Below are positions 13,301-25,450 of a stretch of 64,000 nt of DNA, one piece after another. Made by a program: the position numbers and the translations under genes. Where the stretch lies: assembly GCA_013239625.1 (NCBI GenBank), contig MU054001.1, forward strand, positions 6,683,078-6,747,077. The letters run 5' to 3'. The notes beneath the pieces were generated by a model. The model searched no databases, was not told where the DNA came from, and saw nothing but the letters and a program-made list of their open reading frames with translations. Position 1 is the stretch's first letter, and every line of letters begins with the position of its first letter. The DNA is from Lama guanicoe. Lineage: Eukaryota.

Positions 13301-13856
13301 TTTGGAGAATGATTTGAGTTCTGAGCCATTAAAATGACAAGTTGACCTCGCATATCATTTTAGCTTTCTGCAAAATCAGTTATCCATGTTTTATATACTT
13401 CTACTAACAGCAGATTCATCATTCTGAATTTGCTTTTCTTTGGCAACTTTTCCATATATTTCTGTGATTGGTTTAATGGCTACAAAAGTCCAGGAAATTA
13501 ATGACTGGGGTGCACATTTATTATGTACATTCTTGAGTATATTTTTTGAAGCAATGATTTTTCTTTTAGAGACGAACGTCCAGACCATATAAGACTTTTC
13601 ATGTGTTTAATCCTGAAATTGATACTTTACGGTAAAGAAGTTGACCCTTGAACTGGAAATAAAACTCGTGTTTTGATTTCCTTGCTTATTGAAATTTCTA
13701 AAGTCTTTAGAATTGGCAAAGAATCTTAATTTCCTTCCAGGGCAAAGTTGGCATTTTCTGTCCAGTTGCTTACAAAGTGAAATAGTCATAGTTATGATAA
13801 AAATAAAAGCATCCTCAGGCTTTTAGACCATTTTAAGTTTTCAAACTAATCTTCAA

Positions 13857-13958
13857 ATGAAAACGAATATATGTATGTATATGCATGACTGGGACATTGT
13901 GCTGTACACCAGAAATTGACACATTGTAATTGACTGTACTTCAATAAAAAATTTTTTT
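13857..13958 (+). mobile_element. 5'-truncated L1 3' end
   Basis: gcatgactgggacattgtgctgtacaccagaaattgacacattgtaattgactgtacttcaataaaaa, flanked by near-TSD aaactaatcttcaa / aaataaatcttcaa. Confidence 0.85.
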
Positions 13959-14791
13959 AAATAAATCTTCAAGTGAAGAACTTGAAGAAAAAAGATACAC
14001 TTAGCCTTAGGTTGCCTGCAGGATCCAGGAGCTGCCTCAGGTGACTGGAGTGGCTGTGAGGCCTTCAACAGAGAGACTGTCAGAACACGCTGTCTTTTTG
14101 AGGTGCAGAATGCATCGGTCACAGCCACAGCTTAGGAGTAGATCTCATGAAAGGTGTACCCCGATGAGAAAGCAAAGGAAGGCAAAAACTTGCTTTACAA
14201 TCACACAGATCAAGAAGCAAAAAAAGAGAAGGGAAGAAAGGTAACTACCACTGGTCTGTCTCCACAAATAGTTACAGAGTAGTTTTACTTCTTGTGTTAT
14301 TTAGGATCAAGAAATGGCTTTTATCTGAACGTGCTCTCACCTTCCAAGCTCTGTCATACTCTAACATCTGGTGCCACCGGGCCACGGAGCTGGTACATTC
14401 TTCATTGAAACATTTTGAGTACCTGCTGATTGCCAAGAGGAATTTCCATCAAAAATCTAGGTGTTGAGCCATGCTTTCCAAATCTAGTTTTGTTCTTCTG
14501 TTGGTGACTGTCCTGTCAAATGGTGTTTTGGTGAAGTATTCACAAATTTTGAACCAAAAGATGTGAATCATAGGGGAGTTCCTGCTATACCTTTTGAGTT
14601 ATTTTATCAATCTGTTAGGTGTTAACACTGCAGAAGACAACTGAGCTCTCAAAATGTGCACAACTAGCAGACCGTGATCTTGTTGCAACTGACTCAAATG
14701 CACGGCCCCTACCTTTAACATTCATGGTCTTAATGCGATCTTACTTCCTCAGTCATTAGTTTTTAATATAAAAAAAAAAAAGAATAAAGCT

Positions 14792-15338
14792 TGTGGTAGG
14801 AGGCTTCGAAGACGGCTCCCAGCAACTCCTGCCCTCTGATATTCACAGCCCCATACCAGCCCTGCCCTTGAGTGTGGGCTGGACCCCTGCTTATTATGAA
14901 CACTGAATATGGCCAAAGTGACACGTCTCTTCTGAGATTAGGTGACAGAAGGACTCTGTTTTCTATTTTGCTTGCCCACTAGTACTCGGGTGCCTTCCTG
15001 CTCTGATGGAAGCCAGTGGCCGCGTTCTGCGATGCGCTATTGAGAGGCCCCTGTAACAAGAAACCGGTATTTCCAGCCTACAGCTAACATGGTACAGAGG
15101 CCCCAAGTCCAAAAACCTTCAAATAACTGAATCCTGCCAGCAACACATGAGCAGATTGGGAAGGGGGTCCTCCCCCCACCTAGAGTCTTGAGATAACCAC
15201 AGATAACAGCTTGATTGTAGCTTGTGAGGGACCTTGAGCCACACCTAGATTACTGACTCAGAAACTGAAGATAACGTATGTTGTTTTAAGTGACAATTTA
15301 GCGGTAATTTGTCATGCAGCCATAATAGGAAGCTAGAA
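14792..15338. mobile_element. MLT1-type (ERVL-MaLR) solo LTR
   Basis: tgtggtagg...cccttgagtgtgggctggacc...tctgatggaagccagtggcc...ttgttttaag...gtaatttgtcatgcagc. Confidence 0.8.
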
Positions 15339-15613
15339 AAGACAATGGCATATTCAATTTCACTCCTTGGGCAAAAGTATTAGTGGAATTAGTTTGCAGG
15401 AAAAATGATCAATGCGATGGGCACATCTTGAACCTGGCAGCATGGAATGAGGACAGCCGGTCCCTCTTGCAGGAGTACCTGTCAGCTATCTTAGCATCCC
15501 TAGCCACAAAGAAAAACTTACTAAATCCATTCTCTCCCAATTAGGGCAAAAGATACTGAAATTTGATTCTGCATTTGAAATGTAAAATAGATTACAATTA
15601 AATCCGAACTCTT

Positions 15614-18258
15614 ATTTTTATTGAAGTATAGTTGATTTACAATGTTGTGTTAGTTTTAGGTGTACAACAAAGTGATTCGGTTTTATGTGTGTGCGTGTGT
15701 GTATTCTTTTTCAGATTCTTTTCCATTATAGGTTATTAGAAGATATTGAATATAGTTCCCTGTGCTATTCAGTAGGTCATTGTGTTTATCTATTTTATAT
15801 ATAATAGTGTGTATCTGTTAATTCCAAACTCCTAATTTATCCCATTCCCCTACCTTTCCGCTTTGGTAACCGTAGTTTGTTTTCTATGTCCATGACTGTT
15901 ATTTCCAACTTGTAAATAACTTCATTTGTGTCTTTTTTTTTTGATTCCACATATAAGTGATACCATATAATATTTATCTTTCTCTGTCTGACTTAACCTT
16001 GCTTAGAATGATAATCTTTAAATCCATCCATGTTGCTGCAAATGGCATTATTTTATTCTTTTTATGGCTGAGTAATATTCCATTGTATAAATATACCACA
16101 GCTTCTTTATCCAGTCATCTGTCGATGGACATTTAGGTTGTCTCCATGTCTTGGCTATTGTAAATAGTGCTGCTATGAACTCAGTATGCACATACCTTTT
16201 CGAGTTAAGAGTTTTCTCCCAACATATATGCCCAGGACTGAGATTACTGGATCATATGGTAACTTTAGTTTTTTTAAGGAACCTCCGTACTGTTTTCCAC
16301 AGTGGCTGCACTAGTTTACATTCCCACCAACAGTGTAGGAGGGTCCGTTTTTCTCCACACCCGCTCCAGCATTTCTTATTTGGAGACATTTTAATGATGG
16401 CCATTCTCACTGCTATAAGGTGATACCTCATTATAGTTTTGATTTGCATTTCTCTAATAATGAGCAATAGTGAGCATCTTTTCATGTACCTGTTGGCCAT
16501 CTGTATGTCTTCCTTGGAGAAATGTCTATTTAGATCTTCTGTCCATTTTTTGATTGGGTTTTTTTTTTTAAGCTGTAGGAGCTATTCGTATATTCTAAAA
16601 ATTAATCCCTTGTTGTTCTCATCATTTGCAAATATTTTCTCCCAGTCAGTAGGTTGTCTTTTTGGTTTGGTTTTGTTTATAGTTTCCTTTGCTATGCAAA
16701 AGCTTTTAAGTTTAATTAGGTCCCATTTGCTTATTTTTGCTTGTATTTCCATTACGCTAGGAGCTGGTTTGAAAAAAATATTGCTGTGATTTATGTCGGA
16801 GTGTTCTTTTTGGAATGTTCTCCAAAGCTGTCCTCATTTCTTTTCATTCTTTTTTATTTTTTCTTTTCCGTGGGTAGTGATTTCCACTACCGTGTCTTCC
16901 AGCTCACTGATTTGTTCTGCATCGTTTAGTCTACTATTGGTTCATTCAAGTGTATTTTTTATTTCAGTTATTGTATTCTTCAACTCTGTTTTGTTGTTCT
17001 TTGTATTTTTTAACTCTGTTAAAGACTTCTAACTTCTCCCTCTGTGCATCCGCCCTCCTCCTTATGATCATTATTCTGAACTCCTTCTCAGGTAGATTGC
17101 CTGTCTCTACATGACTTAGTTCCTCTTTGGGGATTTTATCTTCTTTCTTTGTCTGAAACATATTCTTCAGCCGCCTCATTTTGTCTAAATTCTACTTATA
17201 TTTTTACGTATGTGGTAGGTTGGTTATGTTCCTTGGCCTTGGAGAAGTGGCCTCTGTAGGAGACGTCCTGTGCATCCCAGAAGTGCACTCCCTTCTCTTC
17301 ACTCAAGGGCCAGTTGGTCCCAGGGTAGAATCTGGCCTGTGTTAGTGTACTCGTTCCACAGGCTGCAGGATCATAGTTTTCTTGCTTCTGGTGTCTACCC
17401 TTTGGTGGGTGAGGCTGGTCTAGAGTCTTGAGCAGGCTTCCTGGTGGGAGAGGCCGGTGCCTGCCGACTGGTGTGTAGAGCTGGATCCTGCCCCTCTGGT
17501 GGGAAGGGCTGTGTCTAGGGGCTTGTCTAGAGGGGCTGTGGGCTCAGGAAGTCTTTAGGCAGCCTGTCTCCTCATGAAGGGGACTGTGTCCTCACCCAGT
17601 TAGTTGTTTCACTGGTGGTTACAGGCTGTTGGCTGGGGCCAGGTTTTGGTGCTAATGACCCAAGCAAGATGCTAGCCTCAGGGAGAGTTCATGCAGATGA
17701 ATACTCCCTGTTATGTCCGCCAGCAGCTTTTATGTCCCCACCACAGCTGCCCCTCACCTCCCAAGGAGATGCTCCAAGACCAGCAGGTAGGTCTGGCCCA
17801 GGTGCCTATGAAGTTACTGCTTTGGCCCTTGGTCCTGGTGCACATGAGATTTTGTGTGCACCCTTTAAGAGTGAAGACCCTCCAGTCCTGTGGAGCTCTG
17901 CAGTTATGCCCCACTGGCCATCAAAGCCAGATGTTCTGGGGGCTCCTCTTCCTGCTGATGAACCCCTGGTCTGGGAAGCCTAGCGTGGGGCTCAGAACTC
18001 TCGCTCCTCTGGGGGAACATCTGCAGTATAGTTATTCTCCAGTCTGTGGGTTGCCCACTCAGGGGATACATGATTTGATTACATCTTGTTTGTGCCCCTC
18101 CTAATGTCTCATTGTGGTTCCTTCTTTATGTCTTTAGATATAGAAGATCTGTTTTGGTAGGTTCCAGTCTTTGTTATCAATGATTGTTCAGCAGTTAGTT
18201 GTGATTTTGTTGTGATTGTGAGCGGAGGTGAACTCTAGGTCCTTCTACTCTGCCATCT
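15614..18258 (-). mobile_element. LINE-1 with both termini but a large internal deletion (5'UTR + ORF1 N-terminus joined to ORF2 C-terminus + 3'UTR)
   Basis: TSD TTAAATCC(G/T)AACTCTT at 15598-15613 and 18259-18274. Minus-strand 5' end agatggcagagtagaagg. ORF1 relic 16964-17179 (MRRLKNMFQTK...) lies only about 460 bp from ORF2 C-terminal relic 16252-16500 ([26 protein letters not shown]). Confidence 0.9.
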
Positions 18259-20156
18259 TTAAATCCTAACTCTTGAATAATGCCTCTTTTAAGTCATTCA
18301 CCAAGTCTCCTCTAGGTAAGATGAAATAATCTAAAAATGAATAAAGGGTAAAACTCTATATGATATTGCCATAATTCAGTCAAAATCTTTTGTATGTCCA
18401 ATCACATTAACATTCAGCTCCTAGACTGCAGAGCTAGTTACAGATCTACCATTATTCTGCTTGAAAAGGTGATTCTTGGGACAAGTGACTAAGAAAGCAA
18501 TGGAACCCTGCCTTCTCCCCCGCAAAAAAGGTGGAGGGGACTGCACTGAGAAAAGAAATAGAAGCCTTTTGTATCCAGAACCACCCTTCTTCCAAAATGA
18601 GAAATGTAGCCAGAACATTTCTACACAGAGATTTTGCTATAGTGATGAAAAATAGACTTCCTGAAGAGAACACTTTTTTTTTTTTGCCTTGCTTTGGTCA
18701 AAATGATCGAAAGACCCACTCTGAAAAGTTTTTTTCTTTCAGAAATTCTTTTCAACAGCTGGCTGACGGCCACAGCTACCTGCTATACAGATAAAATTGT
18801 ATTTTTAACTGTATCTGTGTATAACTTTTTTTCTTTGAATTTGAAGCCGCTCTTGCTGATGCTGTTTTGCCCTATGGGTATAATTGTGTCCTTGCTCCTT
18901 TTCTAATGTGACTCCATCAGACCTTGGCCTCTAGGTTAGTACCTGGTACTTTGGAAGCTCCACCTTGTACTCTGATCTCTGCAAGAGAAGCACCAAGTAA
19001 ATGTCTAGTCTTCCCATCTGGCCATTTTTAATTATTAGATAGTAGCCAGTGACTGCACTGCTGGAAGCGTTTCAGTTCTCTGCAGGATTCGGAGAAGTGC
19101 TGTCTTTCCACTAGGGGCCTTGTAGATATCCTCCCTGTCATGTTAAGATAAGCAGACCCACACACGCACCATCTGAAAACCCTCCTGTCCTGCTATTGCT
19201 ACCTCCTTTCTTGAGGATCCAGTGTTTTGTTTTGTTTTCCCACTACCCACAAATGCTCACAGATCTTTTAAGGAAATACTACCACAGCAAACTAGGTTCC
19301 CTGCAGAAACTCCCATAATTTGTCAGTGAAAATGAGGGAACTCCCCTGACTGGAGCAGGTCACTGGTGGGCTGAGGCGTACAGGGAAACTGCCTTTATCA
19401 AAAGCCACGTCTTAAGAATGTGCCAGGGGATGCTTCTGTTTTAAGCTGACAGTCTCACCTCTCCACCCTAGAAAAACAGCTCACCTGGCTTCCCTTCATC
19501 AGGTAGGCGAAGAAAGTGAGTGCACACTTTTTAATTGCAAGTTGACGTAAATCCACAATCCAAGAGCACTGATTTGTTGGACTGTAATCTACACTTTAAC
19601 ACACCGAGCTGCATTTGGCAGCCTGCCAGATGTGCAAAGTCGGAATTTAATGATGACATTTCAGTGGCAGCCCCAGAATTAAGTACAGCACCATCATTGA
19701 ATGCTAATGTGCCAGTAGCAAGAAAACAAAAGGCCAGAAACAGCTTCTTTCTTGGTTACCTTTTTTGTCTCTTTCTTAGAGATGGAGAAACTGAAAGCAA
19801 TTAATTATTTCATGGAAACTTCATCTCAAAGAAACTCCAATCAAAAAAAGCAGCCTATGGTAGTTTTTGCTATATTCACGGCACTTTTTCAATAAATCAA
19901 AGGTTAAGTTCATTTTTAACACTTTAAAATATTAATTATACTGCCTATTTATAATGTTTGTGTTTTTCCTGAAGATTTTATCAGGCTTTTTACTTTCTGA
20001 AAATAATTATGTACGTCAGAAGTATCATGAAAGAATTTCCATGTGATAACATATTTTCTGCTTCTCATGAGTTGCAAAATGAAGCTCCATTTTCTTTTAA
20101 ATAGAAGGGAAAGGGGAAAAGTATAATTTAAAAAAAATAAGCTTTATCCTAAAGAA

Positions 20157-20375
20157 TGAGATTTCTCAAACTTGACGCTATTAGCATTTTGGATGGTGAT
20201 GCTTTGTTGTGGGGGAAACGTCCTGTGCATTGTAGGACGTTTGGCAGCATCCCTGGCCTCAACCCACTAGATCCAATAGAACCACCCACTTGTGACAACA
20301 AAACATTGTCTCCAGATATGGCCAAATGTTCCCCAGGGGGAGGGGAGTCAGAATCAGGCCAGGGGAGAACCACTG
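20157..20375. mobile_element. MER20 hAT-Charlie DNA transposon
   Basis: tttctcaaac...gtcctgtgcattgtaggacgtttggcagcatccctggcctcaacccactagat...gagaaccactg. Confidence 0.85.
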
Positions 20376-20437
20376 CTATAAAGAGATTAAAAGGGTTTTC
20401 TAAAAATAACCAAAAGCTGTTGAAGTCTATTCTAAAG

Positions 20438-20880
20438 GTATACTCAGCCATAAAAAAAGAATGAAAGTTTGCCATTTGCAACAATGTGGATGGACCTGGA
20501 GGGTATTATGCTTAGTGAAGTAAGTCAGACAGAGAAAGACAAATACGCTGTGTTATCACTTATATGTGGAATCTAAAAAATAAAACTACTGAATATAACA
20601 AAACCAAAACAGACTTGCAGATACAGAGAACAAACTAGTGGTTACTAGTGGGGAGAGGGAGGGGAGGGGCAAGATAGGGGTAGGGGGTTAAGAGGTGCAA
20701 ACCACTGTGTATAATATAAATAAGCTACAAGGATATACTGTACAATACAGGGAATGTAGCCTATATTTATAATAACTTTAAATGGAGTATAATCTACAAA
20801 AACATTGAATCACTATGTTGTACACATGAAGCTAATATGATACTGTAAGTCAACCACGCTTCAATTTAAAGAAAAAAGAA
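20438..20880 (+). mobile_element. 5'-truncated LINE-1 3' end
   Basis: tactcagccataaaaaaagaatgaaag...gatggacctggagggtattatgcttagtgaagtaagtcagacagagaaagacaaata, ending in an A-rich tail. Confidence 0.9.
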
Positions 20881-21191
20881 ATACTTCAGACTTTTGAAAA
20901 GATACAAATATTGAGTACCCCCGTACCCAGACCACTACTAGCCCCTCGCTGTTTCATTTCCCTCCTTCGTTCATCCTTCAGATGTCCTGAATTTGGTGTT
21001 TATGCATACCATGTACATATTAGTTAGAAATTACATATTCTACGTCTGATGTTTGTGGTTGACATTCACATTTTCTCATGCGTGCATGCGTCTAAAACTA
21101 ATACTTCTACTCTCTTCCTGAGCAGACCAAGAATCTGCCTCACCTCCAGTCACCCCTTTTCCACCTTGCATGTAATTTCAGTTCTTACTTG

Positions 21192-21278
21192 TTTTTTTTG
21201 GGGGGGGGGTAGAGGGGGATAATTAAATTAACTTATTTTTCTTTTAATTTAATGGAGGTACTGGGGATTGAACCCAGG
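21192..21278 (-). mobile_element. Truncated tRNA-derived SINE (same family as 54488)
   Basis: Reverse complement cctgggttcaatccccagtacctccattaaa...ccccc + A tail; contains a B box. Confidence 0.75.
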
Positions 21279-21284
21279 TTTACA

Positions 21285-22780
21285 ATTTTATTCATCTTTA
21301 CCAAGGCCCGGCATTTGGTTTATTTGATTTTCTCTGTTATTTGTCCACTTTTCTATTTTATTGATTTCTACTTCTACAGTTTTATTTTTTCCTTTCTACT
21401 TAATTTGGGTTTGTTTCATTATTTTTGTAGCTTCTAAAGGTGAAAGCTGAGATAATTAGCTTTAGACTTTTCTATTATTAGCAATGTTTCTATTACTTAT
21501 TTCTAATTTAATTCCTTTGTGGTTAAAAACACATCTTATATGATCTCTGTCATTTTAATTTATTGAAAGTCATTCTGTGACCCAGCATATAGTCCCTCTT
21601 GGTAAACATTTTATGTGAAGTTTAAAAGAATATATGTTTTATAGTTGTGTGTAGTATTCTAAATCTTAAAAGCACTCAGAAAAAGAGGCTCATTATACAC
21701 ATATATAAGTAATGTTTTAAACAAATATCATGAGATGGTTGATAGTCTTAATGCATTATTTACGTGTTCTATGTATCTGTTGCTTTTCAATCATTTATTA
21801 AGAGAGGTGTTTTGAAATCTCAGGCCGTAACTGGAGACTTACCTATTTCTCCCTTCAGCTCTGTCAGTTTTTACGTCATTTATTTTGACATTCTGTTACA
21901 AGCATACTCGTTTAAGATTGTCTTCTTGTTGAATCATTATAAAATTACCCACTTTATGCCTGACAACATAAACATTGTAGACCTGTACATTGTAATCCTG
22001 AAAATGTGGACCATTTACATGTAAATGTCATTATTGATATGGTTAGGTTTAATTTACCATCTTGCTATTTGATTCCTATGTGTCCCATCTGTCCCATCTG
22101 TTCCTTTTTTTCTTTTTTTCTTTCCCTGACTTCTTTTGTATTAGGGTTTTTTTCGATTATTCCATTTTATCTTGACTTAATGGCTTATTAAGCTTTGCTT
22201 CTTTTTTAAGTGGTTTGCTCTAGGGTTTTCAATATACATACTTAACACAGCCTACCTTCAAATACTTTATTTTACTTCTAATGTAATATCAGAAACTTAC
22301 ACGAGTAACATTCCTTTCCCCTTCCATCTTTGTCTATTATTGTTATACATTTTACCTCTTTATGTTGTGAAGTCCACAATACATTGCTATTATTTTTGCT
22401 TTAAGCAATCAATTATCTTCTTTTAAAAAAATTTAATGAAGGGAAATCTCTTGTATTTACCCACATATTTACCATTTCCTGCACTCTTTCTTCCTTTTTA
22501 AAGATCCAAATGTCCGTCAGGTATCATTTTCCTTCTTACTGAAGAACTCCCTGTGCCATTTGTAGTACGAGGCACAGGGCGTTTGTTTGTCTGAAAAAGT
22601 ATTTTTGGAAAATACATTTGCTGGTTATGTAATAATTCTAAGTTGACAGATTTTCCTTGTCTTTTACCATTTTAAAGATGGATTATTATTGTCTTCTGGC
22701 TTGCATTATTTCTGACAAGAAGTCTGTGGCCATTCATTATTTCTGTTTTCTGACTGCTTTCAAGATTTTCTCTTTACCAT
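21285..22780 (-). mobile_element. Ancient degenerate LINE-1 fragments
   Basis: ttattgatttcta, tctaatttaattcctttgtggt, gagaggtgttttgaaatctc, ttgtcttctggcttgcattatttctgacaagaagtctg. Confidence 0.65.
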
Positions 22781-23028
22781 TTTATCATTGCATTCTGGTG
22801 GGTCCACAACCTCTGCTGACCCCTTGGAGCTCTAGAGAGGCCAGCAGAGCATCAGTTGGAAGTCCTGGTTCCTTTTTTGTTCAGATATGACTGGTCGACT
22901 GGTCTGTATGAAGTTCTGAAGGTATCATTTACATTTGCAAATCCTAACTAATCAAGCCAAAAGTCCGTGTGTGCATTTGCATCTTATTGTTTATCTATGT
23001 GAATATAAAAAAAAAATCCTCTGCCCAA

Positions 23029-23506
23029 TGTGAAAAAAATACAGAGTTGAAAATAGTTAAAAAGCAGAATACACACATTTTATTCAGGAACTAATAAAAT
23101 AGAGGAAAAAGACTTCAGTATAGAACTGGGCTCAACTCCAAATACAGCATGGAGTGGTGAAGATTTAACACTAAGGAGCAGGTTGGAGGTCAGTGGATGG
23201 AAAGTTACTAAAAGGAAACATCAGGAGTAAGAGGAGATTCTGGCTAAACAGACTTAAACAGGAGTCTTGCTGAGGGCAGGGCAGGGTGATTGGAGATCCC
23301 CTGGGGAATGGTGGGGAGGTGAGGAATTTGATCAGAGATTGAGGGTGGTCAGATATCAAGTTTGGGGGGATTTTCTCTAAACTGACTTAGAAAGATTCTT
23401 GCTACACATGGGTGTTCCAGGCCCAGTAAGAACAGATGCCAAGATCAGAGCCTAAAGATCTTAGAGGAACTGGAGTTAAATTTAGTCAAGGAGGGAGCCT
23501 CTGTCA
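23029..23506 (-). mobile_element. MER31-like ERV1 solo LTR inserted into an L1 fragment
   Basis: TG...CA termini; minus strand begins tgacagaggctccctccttgactaaa; internal ggattttctctaaactgacttagaaagattcttgcta; near-TSD CCAA/CCAC. Confidence 0.65.
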
Positions 23507-24005
23507 CCACCAACAGGAGATACACATCTTCTCAAGTGCACACCGAACTTTCTCCAGGGTAGACCACGTGCTAGGCCACAAAACAATTCTTAACAAATAT
23601 GAGAAGATTGAAACCATGCAAACACTCTTTTCCAACCAGAAGTGAATGCAACTAAAAATCAATAGCAGAAGGAAAACTGGAAAATCCACAGAAATGTGGA
23701 AATTAAACAGCACACTATTAAAGAATGAAGGCATCAAAGAAGAAATTACAAGAGAAATCACATCTTGAGACAAATGAAAATGAAAACACAATGTACCAAA
23801 ATTTATGAGATGCAGCAGAAGTGGTGCTCAAAGGGAAGTTTATAGCCATAAAAGCTGACGTTAAAAAAGAAGATCTCAAAGCAACTATCTAACTTAACAC
23901 CTCAAGTGTTACAAAAAGAAGAAAATAAACCTAAAGATAGCAGAAAGAAGTTAATAATAAAGATTAGAGCAAAGACAAGTGAAATAGAGAGCAGGAGGAA
24001 AAAAA
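23507..24005 (+). mobile_element. LINE-1 ORF2 endonuclease-region fragment
   Basis: Translates as IFSSAHRTFSRVDHVLGHKTILNKYEKIE, the L1 endonuclease C-terminal motif. Confidence 0.9.
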
Positions 24006-24984
24006 CCTTTTATTTCTCCTTACGAATTTTGTGAAACTAAAAACCCTAAGCTGATCACACCTCTCTCAGTCTTTCTACCCTAGAAAGCACACACCACAAA
24101 GTATATTCCTTCCAGTTCTGTTTCTTCACCTTGATGATGAATCATTGGACAGGTCCCAGCATCCATTAAACTTCCCTTGAGCCCCTTATTCCTTGTTTTC
24201 TCTATAAGGTTTTTAAAGGAAATCTAAGGGTACATTGTTCTTGTCCCCAAGTTCAGTATTCAGAACTCAAAGAAATAAAAAGGCACATGGAACAAACAAT
24301 GAATGCTGGATTTGCTGGCACTGAGAGGAGTCAAGCCGGAAGTCTTCCTTTAGTGTTCTGGCCACTTTTCAGAAGGAGGAGAGGAACAACCTGATGAGAA
24401 GGTGGGCAGACAATGGGAAGACTCAGACTGCAGGGGGATTCCTGAAGCCGGCAATAAACTGGGAGCCTGCTGTGTCTCTGACTGACCTCCATGAGGCAGG
24501 GAGGACTGTACAAGCCTCTCTAGAAGGTCTCTCTCAGTCAGGCATGTTTAAAAAAAAAAAGTCTGTGATGAGAAAGGGAGTAGAATGTGGGTGCCGCATG
24601 GTTAATTCTGATTGCTCAGATACGCCTGTACACTTTCATACATATCCAGACTCCAGGATCTCACACCATCACACCTCTTCATAGTGCTGAGCTGGAGATG
24701 AAAGGGAATAGAACCAGCGCCAAGGAAACCAGAGAGATGAAAGGATCCATTTCTTCAAATAACTCCAAAGACTTGAGAGACTCAGATTCTGCTTGATGGA
24801 GTGACTGCTGTGGATCATATCAACAATCAATAAGACAGAATGCACCTCCAGAGAGCTTTGAATAAGAAATCAACAAGCCCCAACTCCAAAATATTGGGGT
24901 TCCCTTGATCTTGGTCAGTATGCTGGGAATGCTGCCCACTTGGGGAGAGTGGTCCTTCTCAGCAGAGACAGAGTGGACAAAATT

Positions 24985-25450
24985 ACAAATGCTCGTACAA
25001 CCACCTTCCCACCTTTACAAACAAAGCATTTGTATGAGTCAGGACTCTGACCTGGAAATGACAACAGCCTGATACAATTAAGTTAAGGAAAAACTGGAGA
25101 TTTATATGGTTCACATAGATGGGAAGAATACTGGGGAAACTCACAGAATTCGGAAGTTCTGCAGGAACCAGGGCTTCGGGGGCTGCAGCCTGGGACCTGA
25201 CCCTTCCAGTTTCCTCTCTGCACATATCTGCTTCTCTTGGGGTTGATCTCATTCTCTTCCTGCAAGCAGCCTTCCCACACATGATAAGCACATGCTTACT
25301 TTCTCCCAGCACCTTCATGCCAAAGGCCAAAATGTCCTGGTTAGATATCCAATGGGCCGATTACTGAACCACTTCCTGAGGCCAGTGGGCTAGCATATTC
25401 TGACTGGCGAAGCCTGGGTCACTGGCCTCCCTTGCGGCTTGGAAGAGGCA
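24985..25450. mobile_element. Old MaLR (MLT1-like) LTR
   Basis: caggactctgacctggaaatgacaacagcctgatacaattaagttaagg...ggttcacata...tcattctcttcctgcaagcagccttcccacacatg...ttctgactggc. Confidence 0.5.

Noticed and set aside
15650..16620. Strong similarity to 42890-43890 and 57870-58520, suggesting a segmental duplication
   Set aside because: All are independent L1 3'-end insertions with different flanks.
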